Shown here: positions 62,934 to 64,000 of the stretch, one piece after another
Layout of the letters: every line of letters starts with the position of its first letter
Numbering within the stretch: position 1 is the first letter of the stretch
IMG/VR virus record: IMGVR_UViG_3300045051_000978
Span: 1-64,000 of that record
DNA from: a virus
Strand: one strand, 5' to 3'
DNA: 64,000 nucleotides
Translations under genes and position numbers: made by a program
The notes under the pieces: generated by a model
Databases searched by the model: none
Seen by the model: the letters and a program-made list of their open reading frames with translations, nothing else
What the model was told of the DNA's origin: nothing

Positions 62934-64000
62934 GCGCGTCGATAGCGCAGCCGAAGACGTACTCCAGGGTGGGTCCAAGGACAGCGAGCTGAACGAGTAC
63001 GAGCGCAAGCTGTACGACGAACTCATCGAACGTTTACGGAATGGTGAATCCGACGTGATTGGGGATTTGTGGCGCTTGGACTACGTCAAACCGCCACCGG
63101 ACATTCGGAAATTCATCCTCGACGACTACTACGTAGGCGCAAGCCTCCGACCTATTCCGGGTGAAAACGAAGGCATCTGGCCTGCCTGGCTGGAAATCTT
63201 CACGAGGGACTTCGACCTAGACAGCTACATCCACAACCTGGTCATCACAGGATCACTCGGTATCGGCAAGACCTGGATGATGGTCACGGTGCTGCTGTAC
63301 CGCATTTGCATCGCGACGCACCTGAAGAACCCGCAGAACTTCTTCGGCATCAGCCGCGGGTCACGCATCATCTACAACTTCCTGTCCGTGACCAAGGAAG
63401 CGGTCCGCGACACGGCTTTCGGCGACGCCATGAACTTCATGGGCAGTTCGCCATACTTCCGCGAGGTGTGCGGCTTCGATCCAGACATGGACTACGCCGG
63501 GTTCCGCATCCCGATGCTGAACAGCCTACCTGGAGGCGGCACGTCGAACATCTACCTCACCGCCGGTTCCAAGGGTCAGCACATCCTTGGTCGTAACGTT
63601 GTCGGCGTGGGACTGGACGAAGGTAACTTCCGCCTGGAAAAAGACCCTGATCTGAAAGCGTACGTGCTCTATGACGCCGTGCGCACGCGTATCAGCAACC
63701 GCTTCCAGAAGCTGTCAACGTTTCTACCTGCCCTCTCTGTAATCGCGTCCTCGGCAGCAGACGAATCCAGTTTCACTGAAAAGGTCGTAGACGAAATAGA
63801 GAAGCAGAACGCGGCCCGCGATGCCGACAACGCAAAGCTGCCGCCTAGTCAGCACATACCCAAGACTCAGGTCGTTTACAGAAATGCCGTATACAAAATA
63901 AAACGGCACGCGCTTCAGGACATTGGCCCAAACCACCTCTGGTTCAAGGTCGCGTACGGGCTCAAGAACATGGAGCCCTACATCCTCACCGGCTGGTACC
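62905..64000 (+). CDS. terL: terminase large subunit, partial
   Basis: Open frame from GTG 62905 to the window end; Walker A VITGSLGIGKT and Walker B VVGVGLDE. Confidence 0.85.
   Translation, partial: MSTRKQTKTERVDSAAEDVLQGGSKDSELNEYERKLYDELIERLRNGESDVIGDLWRLDYVKPPPDIRKFILDDYYVGASLRPIPGENEGIWPAWLEIFTRDFDLDSYIHNLVITGSLGIGKTWMMVTVLLYRICIATHLKNPQNFFGISRGSRIIYNFLSVTKEAVRDTAFGDAMNFMGSSPYFREVCGFDPDMDYAGFRIPMLNSLPGGGTSNIYLTAGSKGQHILGRNVVGVGLDEGNFRLEKDPDLKAYVLYDAVRTRISNRFQKLSTFLPALSVIASSAADESSFTEKVVDEIEKQNAARDADNAKLPPSQHIPKTQVVYRNAVYKIKRHALQDIGPNHLWFKVAYGLKNMEPYILTGWY

Noticed and set aside
1-64000. Genome-wide TAG recoding suggested by the CTA tRNA
   Set aside because: Conserved genes (ligA, polA, helicases, baseplate, terminase) are intact in the standard code and several end at TAG at natural C-termini.

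Overview
GC-rich (about 60% by eye) segment of a large T4-like/jumbo myovirus genome. Bases 1-9.8 kb are a minus-strand RNA array: 22 CCA-encoding tRNAs, four Y-RNA-like genes (two YrlA-type with a circularly permuted tRNA domain, two minimal), about a dozen unassigned structured or CCA-ended RNAs, and small inserted CDSs. The array lies downstream of a sigma70-like promoter with a palindromic operator, a 42-codon leader ORF and mutually exclusive antiterminator/terminator hairpins, i.e. an apparent translation-sensing attenuator. None of the 22 array tRNAs has a canonical TTCRA T-loop, and their D-loops co-vary (A18:G55, C19:G56), whereas the YrlA-type RNAs and several tRNA mimics keep TTCGA. 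The rest holds replication genes (NAD ligase, UDG-like/PolA fusion, DnaB-like and DinG-like helicases, RusA-like resolvase, MazG-like pyrophosphatase), methyl/glycosyltransferases, an AAA+ ATPase, a stand-alone amber suppressor tRNA, baseplate and tail genes with six paralogous spike-like proteins, a holin-like gene, an HNH nuclease and the start of the terminase large subunit. Many unknown ORFs share an N-terminal xxLLE peptide resembling T4 capsid-targeting sequences, and two short upstream motifs (TANTTA and GTTCT) split genes into apparent expression classes. All calls are by eye without database searches; RNA boundaries are approximate.
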